From the NCBI GenBank assembly GCA_946414655.1, contig CAMKPL010000001.1, positions 47,081-111,080 on the forward strand: a stretch of DNA of 64,000 bases, in the 5' to 3' direction. A model generated the notes under the pieces. It saw only the letters and a list, made by a program, of their open reading frames with translations. It had not been told where the DNA came from and did not search any database. Position numbers and translations under genes: made by a program. How positions within the stretch are numbered: position 1 is the first letter of the stretch; every line of letters begins with the position of its first letter. Shown here in pieces: positions 9,281 through 18,999 of this stretch. Origin of the DNA: an uncultured Bacillales bacterium (GTDB lineage: Bacteria > Bacillota_I > Bacilli_A > RFN20 > CAG-826).

Positions 9281-10650
9281 TATTTAATTTCCTTTCCGCG
9301 CATTTCTTTAATCTTCTTATCATATTCGAAGACTTTGTTGTATTCTTTTTCCCAGAATTCTGGATGTCTCATCTCATCAAGATAAGATTGCTTGTAACCA
9401 AATTTAAGCCAATCGGATTCTTTTTGCTTAAAGAGTTTCTCTTTAGCTTCTTTACCACGTGTGTCTAAGACATAACGAGTATCGGCTCCGGCAAAGACAT
9501 CTTGATACCAACGTTCTAAGACGTGGTCAGTCACTTCGAGTTCACGTTCGTGTAAGTTTTGAATAACGGATGGATAGCGGTCAAATGAGTCTGTTGCGAT
9601 AGTTACAACATTATCATCTGGTCCGAGTTTGAGGTATTTGGCCATTTTGATGGCACCTAAAATGTTGCAAATACCAGAAACACCAAAGAGGTTTTCCATT
9701 TCTTTGGCAACTTTGGCTGGAACACCATGTTTTTCAAGGATCTTTGCGCCTTCATGAACGACGGCTAAACCACGGACACAATCATCATCGATGATTTGAG
9801 TAATAAAGTCGGTTGTTAAGGCGTTGTGAATAAGAGTAATCATCTTATCGCCAATACCCTCGATTCGGTGTTGTCCTAAACCACCATTGGTGAGTGTTGA
9901 ACATTCATGTGGTTCAAGAGCAACAATCTTACATTCTGGGAAGACTTGTTTAATTTGGTCACCAGCAGCTAATGTACCAGCAGAACCTGGTGCAGAGCAG
10001 AAGCAAGCAATACGACCATTACCAATACCTTTGACAGCTTCAATACAGGAATTACCTGTAACGTGTCTATGGAAACGATAGTTTGGTAAGAGTTCGAATT
10101 GAGCAAGAGTTCTGTTTTTTGGATTCTTCTTTAATTCGTAAGTTCTTTCGAGAGTAAGAATAACGTCTGATTCGGAACCTGGAGTTAAATCGAGTTTGGC
10201 TCCGTATTTTGAGATACGTTCATATCTTTCTTTCGACATGTTGTCTGGCATGATAACGATGGCGTCATACTTCATTAAGTTAGTAATGTAGCTAACACCG
10301 ATACCAAAGTTACCAGTTGATGGTCCAAGAATTGTGTGTTTTCCTGGAATAATTTCCCCATCCACACAACCTTCCATAAGTGTGGCATAAGCTGGACCCA
10401 CTTTGTGGGAGCCAGATGGGAAGTTCTTACCAAATAAGACGACAATGTTGGCGTCAACACCGGTTAAGCCTTTTGGTAAGACAATTTTGTTAACCTCATT
10501 CTTTTCGTTTTTCCAAGTGATGTTGAAGAGGTTAATTGGATCAAGTTCGTTTTCTTTGATCGCTTTGAGGGCTTTCGCTCTCACTTCTGGGTCTTGGTGT
10601 GATGGATTGAGCATCTCATCATACGTTGGCCCAAATGGGATTTTTGACAT
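9280..10650 (-). CDS. Fold-II PLP enzyme, extended cysteine-synthase-like (456 aa), substrate unknown
   Basis: SGSHKVG (Schiff-base Lys), PSTGNFG, APGSAGT, HRIEGIG; long N- and C-terminal extensions. Confidence 0.8.
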   Translation of the reverse strand: MSKIPFGPTYDEMLNPSHQDPEVRAKALKAIKENELDPINLFNITWKNEKNEVNKIVLPKGLTGVDANIVVLFGKNFPSGSHKVGPAYATLMEGCVDGEIIPGKHTILGPSTGNFGIGVSYITNLMKYDAIVIMPDNMSKERYERISKYGAKLDLTPGSESDVILTLERTYELKKNPKNRTLAQFELLPNYRFHRHVTGNSCIEAVKGIGNGRIACFCSAPGSAGTLAAGDQIKQVFPECKIVALEPHECSTLTNGGLGQHRIEGIGDKMITLIHNALTTDFITQIIDDDCVRGLAVVHEGAKILEKHGVPAKVAKEMENLFGVSGICNILGAIKMAKYLKLGPDDNVVTIATDSFDRYPSVIQNLHERELEVTDHVLERWYQDVFAGADTRYVLDTRGKEAKEKLFKQKESDWLKFGYKQSYLDEMRHPEFWEKEYNKVFEYDKKIKEMRGKEIK

Positions 10651-10651
10651 A

Positions 10652-11896
10652 CTAAATAGCTCCTTTTTCTTTCAAAAATTTATCCAATTCTTCAAGGTTT
10701 GGTTTCATCGGTTCAGGCATGGATACCGCCTTTTGACCGTTGACTGGATCTTTTAGACCATTGCCAGTCACAATGGTTGTTACGGTTTCACCTGGTTTAA
10801 TAATACCTTGTTCCACCGCTTTCTTTATACCGGCTATTGCGGCCACGCCAGCTGGTTCTCCGAAGATACCTTCGGTTCTTCCAAGTAGCGACATGGCTTT
10901 AATAATATCACTATCAGGTACAGAAATCCAAGCACCATGCGATAAACTTATCGCATTTTGTGCTTTTACAGGGTTTCTTGGGATACCGACAGCGATAGAG
11001 TCGGCAAGGGTGTTTTCATCGGCTTCCTTAAGTGGTTCTCCTGTTTCAGAAGCAATCACAAATGGGGCACAGCCAGTTGATTGAACACCAAGGATTTTCG
11101 GGACTTTTTTAATCAAACCTAACTTAAAAAACTCGGCAAATCCCTTATAAACGCCACCAACTGTACATCCGTCACCAACAGATATCGCAACCCAATCAGT
11201 CGGTTCAAAGTTGAGTTGTTCAGCAATCTCCATCGAGACTGTTTTCTTTCCTTCGACCATGAATGGGTTGATGGCAGCATTACGATTGTACCAACCGTAT
11301 TTATCGATCGCTTGTTTAGAAAGTTGGAAAGCGGCTTTGTAGTCGCCATCAACCTTAACTAAAGTAGCGCCGTATAAACAAATTTGAGTGGCTTTGCCAA
11401 TCGGAGCACGTTTCGGAACAAAGATTACTGCTTTGAGTCCAATATGTGCGGCTTGGCAAGCACAGCTAGAGGCAGCATTACCGGTTGAAGAACAGGCAAT
11501 TGTTTTTGCGCCTGCTTCTACAGCTTTTAAAACAGCTACTCCACTAGCTCTATCTTTAGATGAACCACTTGGATTCAATCCGTCGTCTTTGACGTAGAGT
11601 TCTTTTACGCCAAGTTCTTTTTCAAGACGACGAGCTCGATAAAGTGGGGTCCATCCAACACGTAACATTTCATCAATGTGGTCTTCTTGAATGCCCATAA
11701 TTGGAGCATAACGCCACATTGAGTAGTTGCGATTATTTTCAAAATATTCGCGTGTTAAAACTTTCTTTAATGCATCGTAGTCATAAACGACATCGAGAAT
11801 GCCTTTTTCTCCGCAATGTGGACAAGTTAAGCCAACTTCGCCTTCCTTAAATTCGGCTCCACAAAGAGTGCATTTATAACCTTTAATGTAACTCAT
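10652..11896 (-). CDS. Threonine synthase-like fold-II PLP enzyme with N-terminal zinc ribbon
   Basis: CTLC..CPHC, LNPSGSSKDR, SSTGNAA, VGDG, TLADSI, EPAG, TGNGLKD. Confidence 0.85.
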   Translation of the reverse strand: MSYIKGYKCTLCGAEFKEGEVGLTCPHCGEKGILDVVYDYDALKKVLTREYFENNRNYSMWRYAPIMGIQEDHIDEMLRVGWTPLYRARRLEKELGVKELYVKDDGLNPSGSSKDRASGVAVLKAVEAGAKTIACSSTGNAASSCACQAAHIGLKAVIFVPKRAPIGKATQICLYGATLVKVDGDYKAAFQLSKQAIDKYGWYNRNAAINPFMVEGKKTVSMEIAEQLNFEPTDWVAISVGDGCTVGGVYKGFAEFFKLGLIKKVPKILGVQSTGCAPFVIASETGEPLKEADENTLADSIAVGIPRNPVKAQNAISLSHGAWISVPDSDIIKAMSLLGRTEGIFGEPAGVAAIAGIKKAVEQGIIKPGETVTTIVTGNGLKDPVNGQKAVSMPEPMKPNLEELDKFLKEKGAI

Positions 11897-12750
11897 TATT
11901 TCCTACCTCCAACAATGTCATCAATGAACTTATTAAAGATGTTCATCGAGACTGTTTGACGATATTCTTTATTACTTCTTTGGTCATCGATTGGAGCAAT
12001 AATTTGTGCAAAATCACCAGCAATTTGCGGTTGTTTTGCTTTTAATTCTTCTAATGAAAGACCAACAACTTTTGCTTCAAGTTCTTTGCTTCTTGCCGGA
12101 CGAACTGAGACCGAACCAAAGCAACAAGCAAACTTAGTAACAACGTTCTTCTTCACTTCGTAATAACCAGCAAAGGAGAGTTTAGAAATTGAATCAGCTC
12201 GACGTGAGCCAACCTTAAACCAAAGTTCGCCAGTGTATTCAATTTTTGGGAAAATAAGTTCAGTAATTAATTCATTTGGATGACGATCGACTTTACGAAC
12301 GCCAAGAACAAAATCTTTGGCATCAACTAAACGAACTCCATCAACTGATTCAAGTTTCACTTTTGCATCAAGAAGAGCGTCGATAACAATTGTGTCTCCG
12401 GCTGGAGAAGCATTCGCGATATTCCCAACAAGTGTGCAGAAATGTCGAATATTCGTTGATGCAACTTCACAAATCGCTTTTCTTAATAAAGAAGGACAAA
12501 GCTTATGGTGCTCAATTTCATGCATTGTTGCTGTAGCACCAATGTGAACGCCTTCTTTATCTTCGTAGATGTTTGCTAGTTCCTTAATATGTGAAACATA
12601 TAAAACATCTTTATCAAATAAAGGAGCATAACCAGCAACATTCTTTTTGATAACCATCATGTCGCTTCCACCGGCAACAATGTAAGCATCATGGTTAGCT
12701 AAAAAGTCGAGAGCTTCTTTTTTGGTATAAGCAATTTTCTTTTCTACCAT
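11896..12750 (-). CDS. Xanthine dehydrogenase-family FAD-binding subunit
   Basis: AGGSD, IRHFCTLVGNIANASPAGD, PIDDQRS. Confidence 0.9.
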   Translation of the reverse strand: MVEKKIAYTKKEALDFLANHDAYIVAGGSDMMVIKKNVAGYAPLFDKDVLYVSHIKELANIYEDKEGVHIGATATMHEIEHHKLCPSLLRKAICEVASTNIRHFCTLVGNIANASPAGDTIVIDALLDAKVKLESVDGVRLVDAKDFVLGVRKVDRHPNELITELIFPKIEYTGELWFKVGSRRADSISKLSFAGYYEVKKNVVTKFACCFGSVSVRPARSKELEAKVVGLSLEELKAKQPQIAGDFAQIIAPIDDQRSNKEYRQTVSMNIFNKFIDDIVGGRK

Positions 12751-13217
12751 AATCCAGCTCCTTTCTTACTGGCAATTACTACCGCTTGAACAATAGCTTG
12801 ATAACCAGTGCAGCGGCATAAATTACCACTCATATGTGCTTTAATTTCTTCCTCAGTTGGATGAGGATTATGAGAAAGTAGAGATTGAGCAGCAATAATC
12901 ATTCCTGGAGAGCAGAATCCACATTGGGATCCTCCGACTTCAGCAAATGCTTTTTGTAAAACATCAAATTGTTTGGTTTCTTTGAAACCTTCAATAGTCA
13001 CAATCTCGTGGCCTTCTACGTTAGCTAATGGAAGCAAACAGCTATTCACTGAATATCCATCCATTAAAACAACGCAGGCTCCACAAGATCCTTCGCCACA
13101 ACCTTCTTTTACTCCTTTTAATGAGAAATGATCACGAAGGACATCAATTAAACGCATGCTTGGGTCTAAATCAACAGCAACATCTTTGCCATTTAATCGA
13201 AACTTAATGCTTGTCAT
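12744..13217 (-). CDS. Xanthine dehydrogenase-family 2x[2Fe-2S] subunit
   Basis: GCGEGSCGAC, QCGFC, GNLCRCTGY. Confidence 0.93.
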   Translation of the reverse strand: MTSIKFRLNGKDVAVDLDPSMRLIDVLRDHFSLKGVKEGCGEGSCGACVVLMDGYSVNSCLLPLANVEGHEIVTIEGFKETKQFDVLQKAFAEVGGSQCGFCSPGMIIAAQSLLSHNPHPTEEEIKAHMSGNLCRCTGYQAIVQAVVIASKKGAGLW

Positions 13218-15303
13218 GATTAATCACCTCCATGATGTATTCTGGTGTAGCAGGAATCTTATTCACTTTGTGACCAATTGCTTGTTCAATGGCAAGCGCA
13301 ATCGCTGGAGCTCCACCAACGAGAGTTAATTCACCCATTCCTTTAGCGCCGTTAGCACCATAAATAAATGGGTTATCAATAAATGCTGTCTCCATAGGAG
13401 GAGCATCTTCAAATGTCGGAATAATGTAGTCAGATAATGAACGATTACGGAATTTACCATCTTTAATTCCCATGTGTTCAAGATAACCATAGCCTAAACC
13501 TTGGAGTAATCCTCCATCAGCCTGGCCAACGGCAATACGTTCATCAACAACTCGACCAACATCATAAGTTGACCAACAATGATCAACTTTAATTTGGTAA
13601 GTTACTGGATCAAATGAGACTTCAACAACGTTGACACCCCAAGAATAGGATGGATAAGCGTCACCTTGCATTGTATCTTCATCCCAATGGATATAACTTG
13701 GTCCGACATAACTTTCAACATGTTCTTGTCGAACTCCACTCTTCCAGATTTTCTTTAATTGTTTAGCAGCTTTTTCCATTAGGAAACCAACAATAATAAT
13801 TGTTCTAGAAGCCGCTGTTGGTCCGGAGTCAGGAGTGTGATCAGTATCAGCCGCCTCCATTGTGCATTGTTCAGCTGGTAAACCAAGTGTATTAGACACG
13901 ATACGTGCTAAAGTTGTACGGTTTCCTTGACCAAAGTCAGCACTTGAAGCATAAACATGGATATGATCATTCTCATCTTTGATGAGCTTGACTTTACCAT
14001 TAATAATTGTTGATTCACCAGAACCAGTAAATCCACATCCGTGAAGGAATAAGGACATACCAATTCCTTTGTTAGAGCCTGGTTGGGCGTATTCAACTAC
14101 TTTGCGTTTGTAGTCGGACATTTCCATGGCTTTGTCTACTAACTGAGGAAGAATAATTGGGTCATGGAATTCACCAGAATTTGTTGTGATATCTCCTTGT
14201 TTTGCAAGGTATTTCATTCTTAACTGTAATGGATCAACTCCAAGTTCTTTAGCAACGTGATGGATAAACATTTCCATTGCAAAGATTGTTTGTGGAGCAC
14301 CAAATCCACGGAACGCGGCAGTCGGAACGGTGTTTGTACAATAAACATCTCCAGCCACATCTAGGTATTCAAATACGTATGCATTGCATGAAGCGATGAG
14401 CGCACGTGATAAGACAACACCAGAGCAGCCTTTATAAGCACCACCATTAAGTTTGACACGAATCCTTAAACCAAGAATTTCGTTATTCTTGCCGATAAAT
14501 GCTTCGTATGTTGAAACTGATGGGTGACGTTTTGTTGTATAAGCAATATCTTCAAAACGTTCATAACACATCTTCACTGGACGATGAATTTTATTAACCG
14601 CCACGGCAAGTTGTGAACCCATTAAACTTGGATAGTGTTCTTTGCCACCAAATGCTCCGCCAACAGCAGGTTGTTTAACACGAACTTTTTCTGGAGCAAT
14701 ACCAAGAGCTCGAGCAACAGCCTTTCTAATATAGAATGGACATTGCATTGAACCAGTTAAATAGAACTTATCATCTTCATCGATATAACAAAGAATACCT
14801 TGAGGTTCGATGTAGGCTTGTTCTTGATAACCGGTCTCATAAGTTTCTTTAATTGTTTTAACAGCATTTTTCTCAGCCTTCGAAAAATCACCTTTTGTAA
14901 ATTCTTTATGAATATATGAATTCACAAGATCGTAAACTGGTTTTTCTTCTTCATAAATAACCGAGATTTGCTGGCATAATTTGTGTAAAACCTCTTTATT
15001 TTCTCCAACAAATAAACCAATTGCTTCACCGACATAATTAACTTCTTTATCAGCAAAAATTGGCCAATCGGAGAAGATAATATTAACAACATTTTCACCA
15101 GGAATATCTTTTGCTGAAATCCAATAATAACCTTCTGGAAGTTCAGGCAGTTTGATTTCCTTTATCTTTCCTTTAGCAATTGTTGATCGCACGGTTTGAG
15201 CATAAAGCATTCCTGGTAACACAAAGTCATCAGTAAACTTTGCTTCTCCGCGGATCTTTTCAGGGAAGTCAATTTTTGGTGTACTTGACTTATATAGTTC
15301 CAT
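13204..15303 (-). CDS. Xanthine dehydrogenase-family molybdopterin subunit (XdhA-like, 699 aa)
   Basis: GGAFGGKE, AFRGFG, PTAASR, GAKGMGE. Confidence 0.92.
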   Translation of the reverse strand: MELYKSSTPKIDFPEKIRGEAKFTDDFVLPGMLYAQTVRSTIAKGKIKEIKLPELPEGYYWISAKDIPGENVVNIIFSDWPIFADKEVNYVGEAIGLFVGENKEVLHKLCQQISVIYEEEKPVYDLVNSYIHKEFTKGDFSKAEKNAVKTIKETYETGYQEQAYIEPQGILCYIDEDDKFYLTGSMQCPFYIRKAVARALGIAPEKVRVKQPAVGGAFGGKEHYPSLMGSQLAVAVNKIHRPVKMCYERFEDIAYTTKRHPSVSTYEAFIGKNNEILGLRIRVKLNGGAYKGCSGVVLSRALIASCNAYVFEYLDVAGDVYCTNTVPTAAFRGFGAPQTIFAMEMFIHHVAKELGVDPLQLRMKYLAKQGDITTNSGEFHDPIILPQLVDKAMEMSDYKRKVVEYAQPGSNKGIGMSLFLHGCGFTGSGESTIINGKVKLIKDENDHIHVYASSADFGQGNRTTLARIVSNTLGLPAEQCTMEAADTDHTPDSGPTAASRTIIIVGFLMEKAAKQLKKIWKSGVRQEHVESYVGPSYIHWDEDTMQGDAYPSYSWGVNVVEVSFDPVTYQIKVDHCWSTYDVGRVVDERIAVGQADGGLLQGLGYGYLEHMGIKDGKFRNRSLSDYIIPTFEDAPPMETAFIDNPFIYGANGAKGMGELTLVGGAPAIALAIEQAIGHKVNKIPATPEYIMEVINHDKH

Positions 15304-16400
15304 TATTCTTCCACCTTTGTATACGTGAGAGCTTTAACTGGACACTTAGAAACACAAAGTCCACAGCGGAAACATTTCTCACTGTTGAATTTTGGTTTTC
15401 CATCCATTTCAATGGCGAAGTATGGACAAACTCTAGAACATGTTCCACAACCTGTGCACTTACTGGCATCAAGTTTTGGAGTTTCCCCCATACCAAACAT
15501 GGCATGGTTTTCTAATTGAGTATCAATAACTTCTTGGACAGATTTAAATCCATATTTTTCAAGAGTTGCTGGAAGGTCAGCAAGAATCTTGGCATAAAGT
15601 TCTTTGCCTCTAAGCATTGCTGCCGAGAGCATTTGAACACCGCTTGCGCCAGCGAGAAGGAATTCAATAACGTCGCTAGCTGAAGCAATTCCACCGACAC
15701 CAATTACAGTTAATGATGGTTCGGCTTGTTTAATTGTATAAACAGTTGCTAAAGCAATGTTCTTAATATAAGGTCCACTTGTCCAAGCAAAACCTTTCGC
15801 GTTTCCATAGATAATGCTACGGGAAGCAATGTCAATCTTCATTGAAGGACCAAGGGAGTTAACGGCCACAACACCATTAGCACCATTAGCTTTGATTGTA
15901 TGAGCAAAACCTTCTGGATCTGGCATGTGGGCACTAATTTTCATATAGAATGGTTTCTTGGTGTGCTTACGAATTGTGGCAACAGTTTCACCAAGCGCAT
16001 TCAAGTCGTTTCCAACGTAGTGAGTAGAAACTTCAAATGCATCAGCAAATTTATCAAGAAGAGGAATTAAAATTTCCATATCTTCTTTGGTATAACCAAC
16101 TGAAATTATAAGAGGTTTACCAACTGACTTCTTTTTGTAATATGGTAAGAACTCGTTGATCCACTTTTCCTTAGTATATTCTGTCCATAATTCACAGTTC
16201 ATGATGTAATCACGATCACCATAAATACATGGGTGTGGGATGTGAGCATCCTTTGTGGAGATTGTTTTGGAAACAATCGCACCAAGTCCAGCGACTTGTT
16301 CTAACCAGAGCATTTTCTCGGCGTCACCAACAAGTGGACCGGCAGCTGGCATGAGTGGGTTTTCTAATTTTAACCCATCAAATTTTGTTGAAATATCCAT
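15303..16400 (-). CDS. PreA/dihydropyrimidine-dehydrogenase-like FMN enzyme with C-terminal 2x[4Fe-4S] and an altered catalytic loop
   Basis: NPLMPAAGP, KTIS, MKIS, GVGGI, two CxxCxxCxxxCP motifs; start 16400 with GGAGG RBS. Confidence 0.8.
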   Translation of the reverse strand: MDISTKFDGLKLENPLMPAAGPLVGDAEKMLWLEQVAGLGAIVSKTISTKDAHIPHPCIYGDRDYIMNCELWTEYTKEKWINEFLPYYKKKSVGKPLIISVGYTKEDMEILIPLLDKFADAFEVSTHYVGNDLNALGETVATIRKHTKKPFYMKISAHMPDPEGFAHTIKANGANGVVAVNSLGPSMKIDIASRSIIYGNAKGFAWTSGPYIKNIALATVYTIKQAEPSLTVIGVGGIASASDVIEFLLAGASGVQMLSAAMLRGKELYAKILADLPATLEKYGFKSVQEVIDTQLENHAMFGMGETPKLDASKCTGCGTCSRVCPYFAIEMDGKPKFNSEKCFRCGLCVSKCPVKALTYTKVEE

Positions 16401-16402
16401 CG

Positions 16403-17692
16403 TTATTCCTCCTTCACTTTGGACCATAAATTACTCGCGAATTTGCGAGCTTCAATAACTTCATTAATGAGCTTTTTGCTGGTAATTTTGTAATCTTTGA
16501 CACGTTTTGTACCAGCAGTATAAACATCGCTTGGTTTTAAAGCTGGGAATAATCCGTAGAAGAGATGACCTAGTGCATTTGAAGCATCCATTTTTGTAAA
16601 TGGAGTGTACTTCACGCGCATAAAGTCAGCTTCATAACCTTTCTCAAATTTTCCAAGTTTTAAGCCTAAGCGATCTCCGACATATTTATAAGAGTTTTCA
16701 ATCATTTGATGAACATCTCCAAGGCCAATACCTAAAGGAGATTCGCTCTTCAAATGACCAGTATAAAGAACATTGTTATATTCGTTAGCCATATTAGAAC
16801 TTAAGCCGTCGTTTCCAACCATAACTGGAATTCCATAATCTAAATATTTACGGACATTTGGAAGACCAACAGCATTGTTCATATTGGATGTTGTATTAAC
16901 AACCATGTAGCAGCCTCTTTCCTTAATAATTTGAAGTTCTTCATCATTAAGATGAACACCATGAACAATTAAGGAGTTTGGAACAAGTAATCCAAAATCA
17001 TCAAAGCGTTTAATGATTGGCTTTTTGTATTTTTCTTCTGAATCTGATTCATCATCTAGTGCCTCAGCAACGTGAACGTGTAAAGGAACTCCGTTTTGTG
17101 CTTTTGCAACTCTTCTAAGTGTTGCGTTTGATAGTGACATTGAAGCGTGCAATCCAAATAAACCTTCACCAGGATAACGTTTAGCAAAATTTTTGTTTTC
17201 TTTAATACAATCGCTAACATTATAACGATCGCTTGTTTCAAAGCAGAAGATTCCATGCATTTTGAGTGGTCCGACAAAAGCTTTTCTTAAAGACTTCAAA
17301 GAGCCAATAATTTCTCCTGATGCATGGTGGTCAATAACTGATGTTACACCGTTTAAAAGGAATTCTTCACCGGCACAAATTGCGGAATAGTAAGTTTCTT
17401 GATTAACAAGTTTTGCATCAATCTTCCACCACATTTGATCCAAGATTTGCTGGAAATTTTTTGGATTAAACGGTAAAGCAAGACCTCTAGCAAAAATCGA
17501 ATAAATGTGAGCGTGGGCACACACAAATGTAGGAAGAAGTAGGTCGCCTTTATAATCTTCGACTGATTGGTATTCGCCTTTTGGGAATTCGCTCATTGGG
17601 CCACATTTCACGATTTTGTCATCAAAAAGTAGATAACCGCATTCGATGTAGTTTTTGTAGTCATAAATTCGAGCATTAATAATTGCTTTCAT
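16403..17692 (-). CDS. SsnA-like metal-dependent amidohydrolase
   Basis: CAHAHIYS, DHHAS, GLHAS, HVHVAE, VHGVH, GNDG. Confidence 0.85.
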   Translation of the reverse strand: MKAIINARIYDYKNYIECGYLLFDDKIVKCGPMSEFPKGEYQSVEDYKGDLLLPTFVCAHAHIYSIFARGLALPFNPKNFQQILDQMWWKIDAKLVNQETYYSAICAGEEFLLNGVTSVIDHHASGEIIGSLKSLRKAFVGPLKMHGIFCFETSDRYNVSDCIKENKNFAKRYPGEGLFGLHASMSLSNATLRRVAKAQNGVPLHVHVAEALDDESDSEEKYKKPIIKRFDDFGLLVPNSLIVHGVHLNDEELQIIKERGCYMVVNTTSNMNNAVGLPNVRKYLDYGIPVMVGNDGLSSNMANEYNNVLYTGHLKSESPLGIGLGDVHQMIENSYKYVGDRLGLKLGKFEKGYEADFMRVKYTPFTKMDASNALGHLFYGLFPALKPSDVYTAGTKRVKDYKITSKKLINEVIEARKFASNLWSKVKEE

Positions 17693-18999
17693 TATTTAAC
17701 CTCCCCACAATTTAAGTTCTTTCCCTGATGTGGAACAATTTTTCGATTTTTTAACACAAATTGTCCACGAACAAGCACTGTTTCAAATTCACCAGAACCA
17801 AGAATTCCATCATAAATGGAGTAATCACAAGTACCGTGGTTTTCATTTTCAAAATAGTCTTCTTTTTCTAAAAACACCGACAAATCTGCATCCATTCCAA
17901 CTTTGATTTCTCCCTTGGTTGGGAAATCTTGAATTTTTGCAGAATTAAATGACATTTTGTCGATGATTTCATCACCAAATCGTCGATACATTGTTGAGAA
18001 TGAATGCTCAATTCCTCCAACACCGAGAGGGAATCCTTTTAGAGTTGGATAATCTTTGTCTTTCTTCATAAATGAACAATGGTCGGTGCCAATTGTTTCA
18101 ACATCTTTATAGTAGGCGATTAAAAGTTGTCGTTCTCTTTCACTTCTTAGTGGAGGTGCAAACGTAAATAGTTTTCCATTCTCACCTTCTAAAACAGAGT
18201 TATTAAAGATGAAATATTGTGGACAACTCTCAACAAATAAATTCTTATTAAGAATGTCTGGGAATTGTTCTTTAAGTGCTTTTAATGTTTCACCACTTGA
18301 GCAATGAACCATATAGAAGTTTCCGCCAGTTTCACGAACAAGTTTAGCAAGTTTTAGTGCCTCACTTGTTTCACTCATTGATGGGCGAGAAACTGGTAAA
18401 TCTTTATAAGTATAAGAATCGCGAAGATCGATTAAATCATCGTTTTCAATGTGCGCTTCGATAAGAACGTTGTACTTCTTAGAAAGTTGTAATAATTTTT
18501 CGATATCTTTCTCATAAGTACGTCGACCAGTGTCACTATAAGTTGTAAACAACTTAATTGTTCTCATTCCAAGTTTAACAACGGTTTTGACGTATTCTTC
18601 TAAATCGCCATTTGGCATCTTAATGCAAGCGTGCATGTGATAGTCAACAAGTGACTTCTTCGCGAGTTCAAGACGTTCATAAAACGACTTCTCTAAATCT
18701 TTGGCATTACTAGTTGGATCAAGGAAATCAACAATGGTTGTTACACCGCCATAAGCGGCACAAACTGAACCACTATAAAAGTCATCCACCGAAGTTAATC
18801 GCCCACAGTTCAGTTCAAAATGAACATGTGGATCAATTAATCCAGGAAGAACTTTCTTTCCTTTTGCGTCAAGAACTTCTTTAGCTTCGACTTCTTCTGT
18901 TCCAACGTAAGAAATTTTCTCACCTAAAACAGCCACATTGACGTTTTGCCATTTGTGGTCAATCCAAACTAATCCGTTCTTTATTAATAAGTCGTGCAT
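17692..18999 (-). CDS. Dihydropyrimidinase/hydantoinase (HyuA-like) cyclic amidohydrolase
   Basis: PGLIDPHVHF, AAYGGVTT, IKLF, HIEN, VHCS, GTDHCSF. Confidence 0.85.
   Translation of the reverse strand: MHDLLIKNGLVWIDHKWQNVNVAVLGEKISYVGTEEVEAKEVLDAKGKKVLPGLIDPHVHFELNCGRLTSVDDFYSGSVCAAYGGVTTIVDFLDPTSNAKDLEKSFYERLELAKKSLVDYHMHACIKMPNGDLEEYVKTVVKLGMRTIKLFTTYSDTGRRTYEKDIEKLLQLSKKYNVLIEAHIENDDLIDLRDSYTYKDLPVSRPSMSETSEALKLAKLVRETGGNFYMVHCSSGETLKALKEQFPDILNKNLFVESCPQYFIFNNSVLEGENGKLFTFAPPLRSERERQLLIAYYKDVETIGTDHCSFMKKDKDYPTLKGFPLGVGGIEHSFSTMYRRFGDEIIDKMSFNSAKIQDFPTKGEIKVGMDADLSVFLEKEDYFENENHGTCDYSIYDGILGSGEFETVLVRGQFVLKNRKIVPHQGKNLNCGEVK

Noticed and set aside
10652-11896. Housekeeping thrC
   Set aside because: No hom/thrB; embedded and translationally coupled within a catabolic operon
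15303-16400. Dihydroorotate dehydrogenase pyrD
   Set aside because: No pyr genes or pyrK nearby, the catalytic Cys/Ser loop is absent, and it carries a ferredoxin tail
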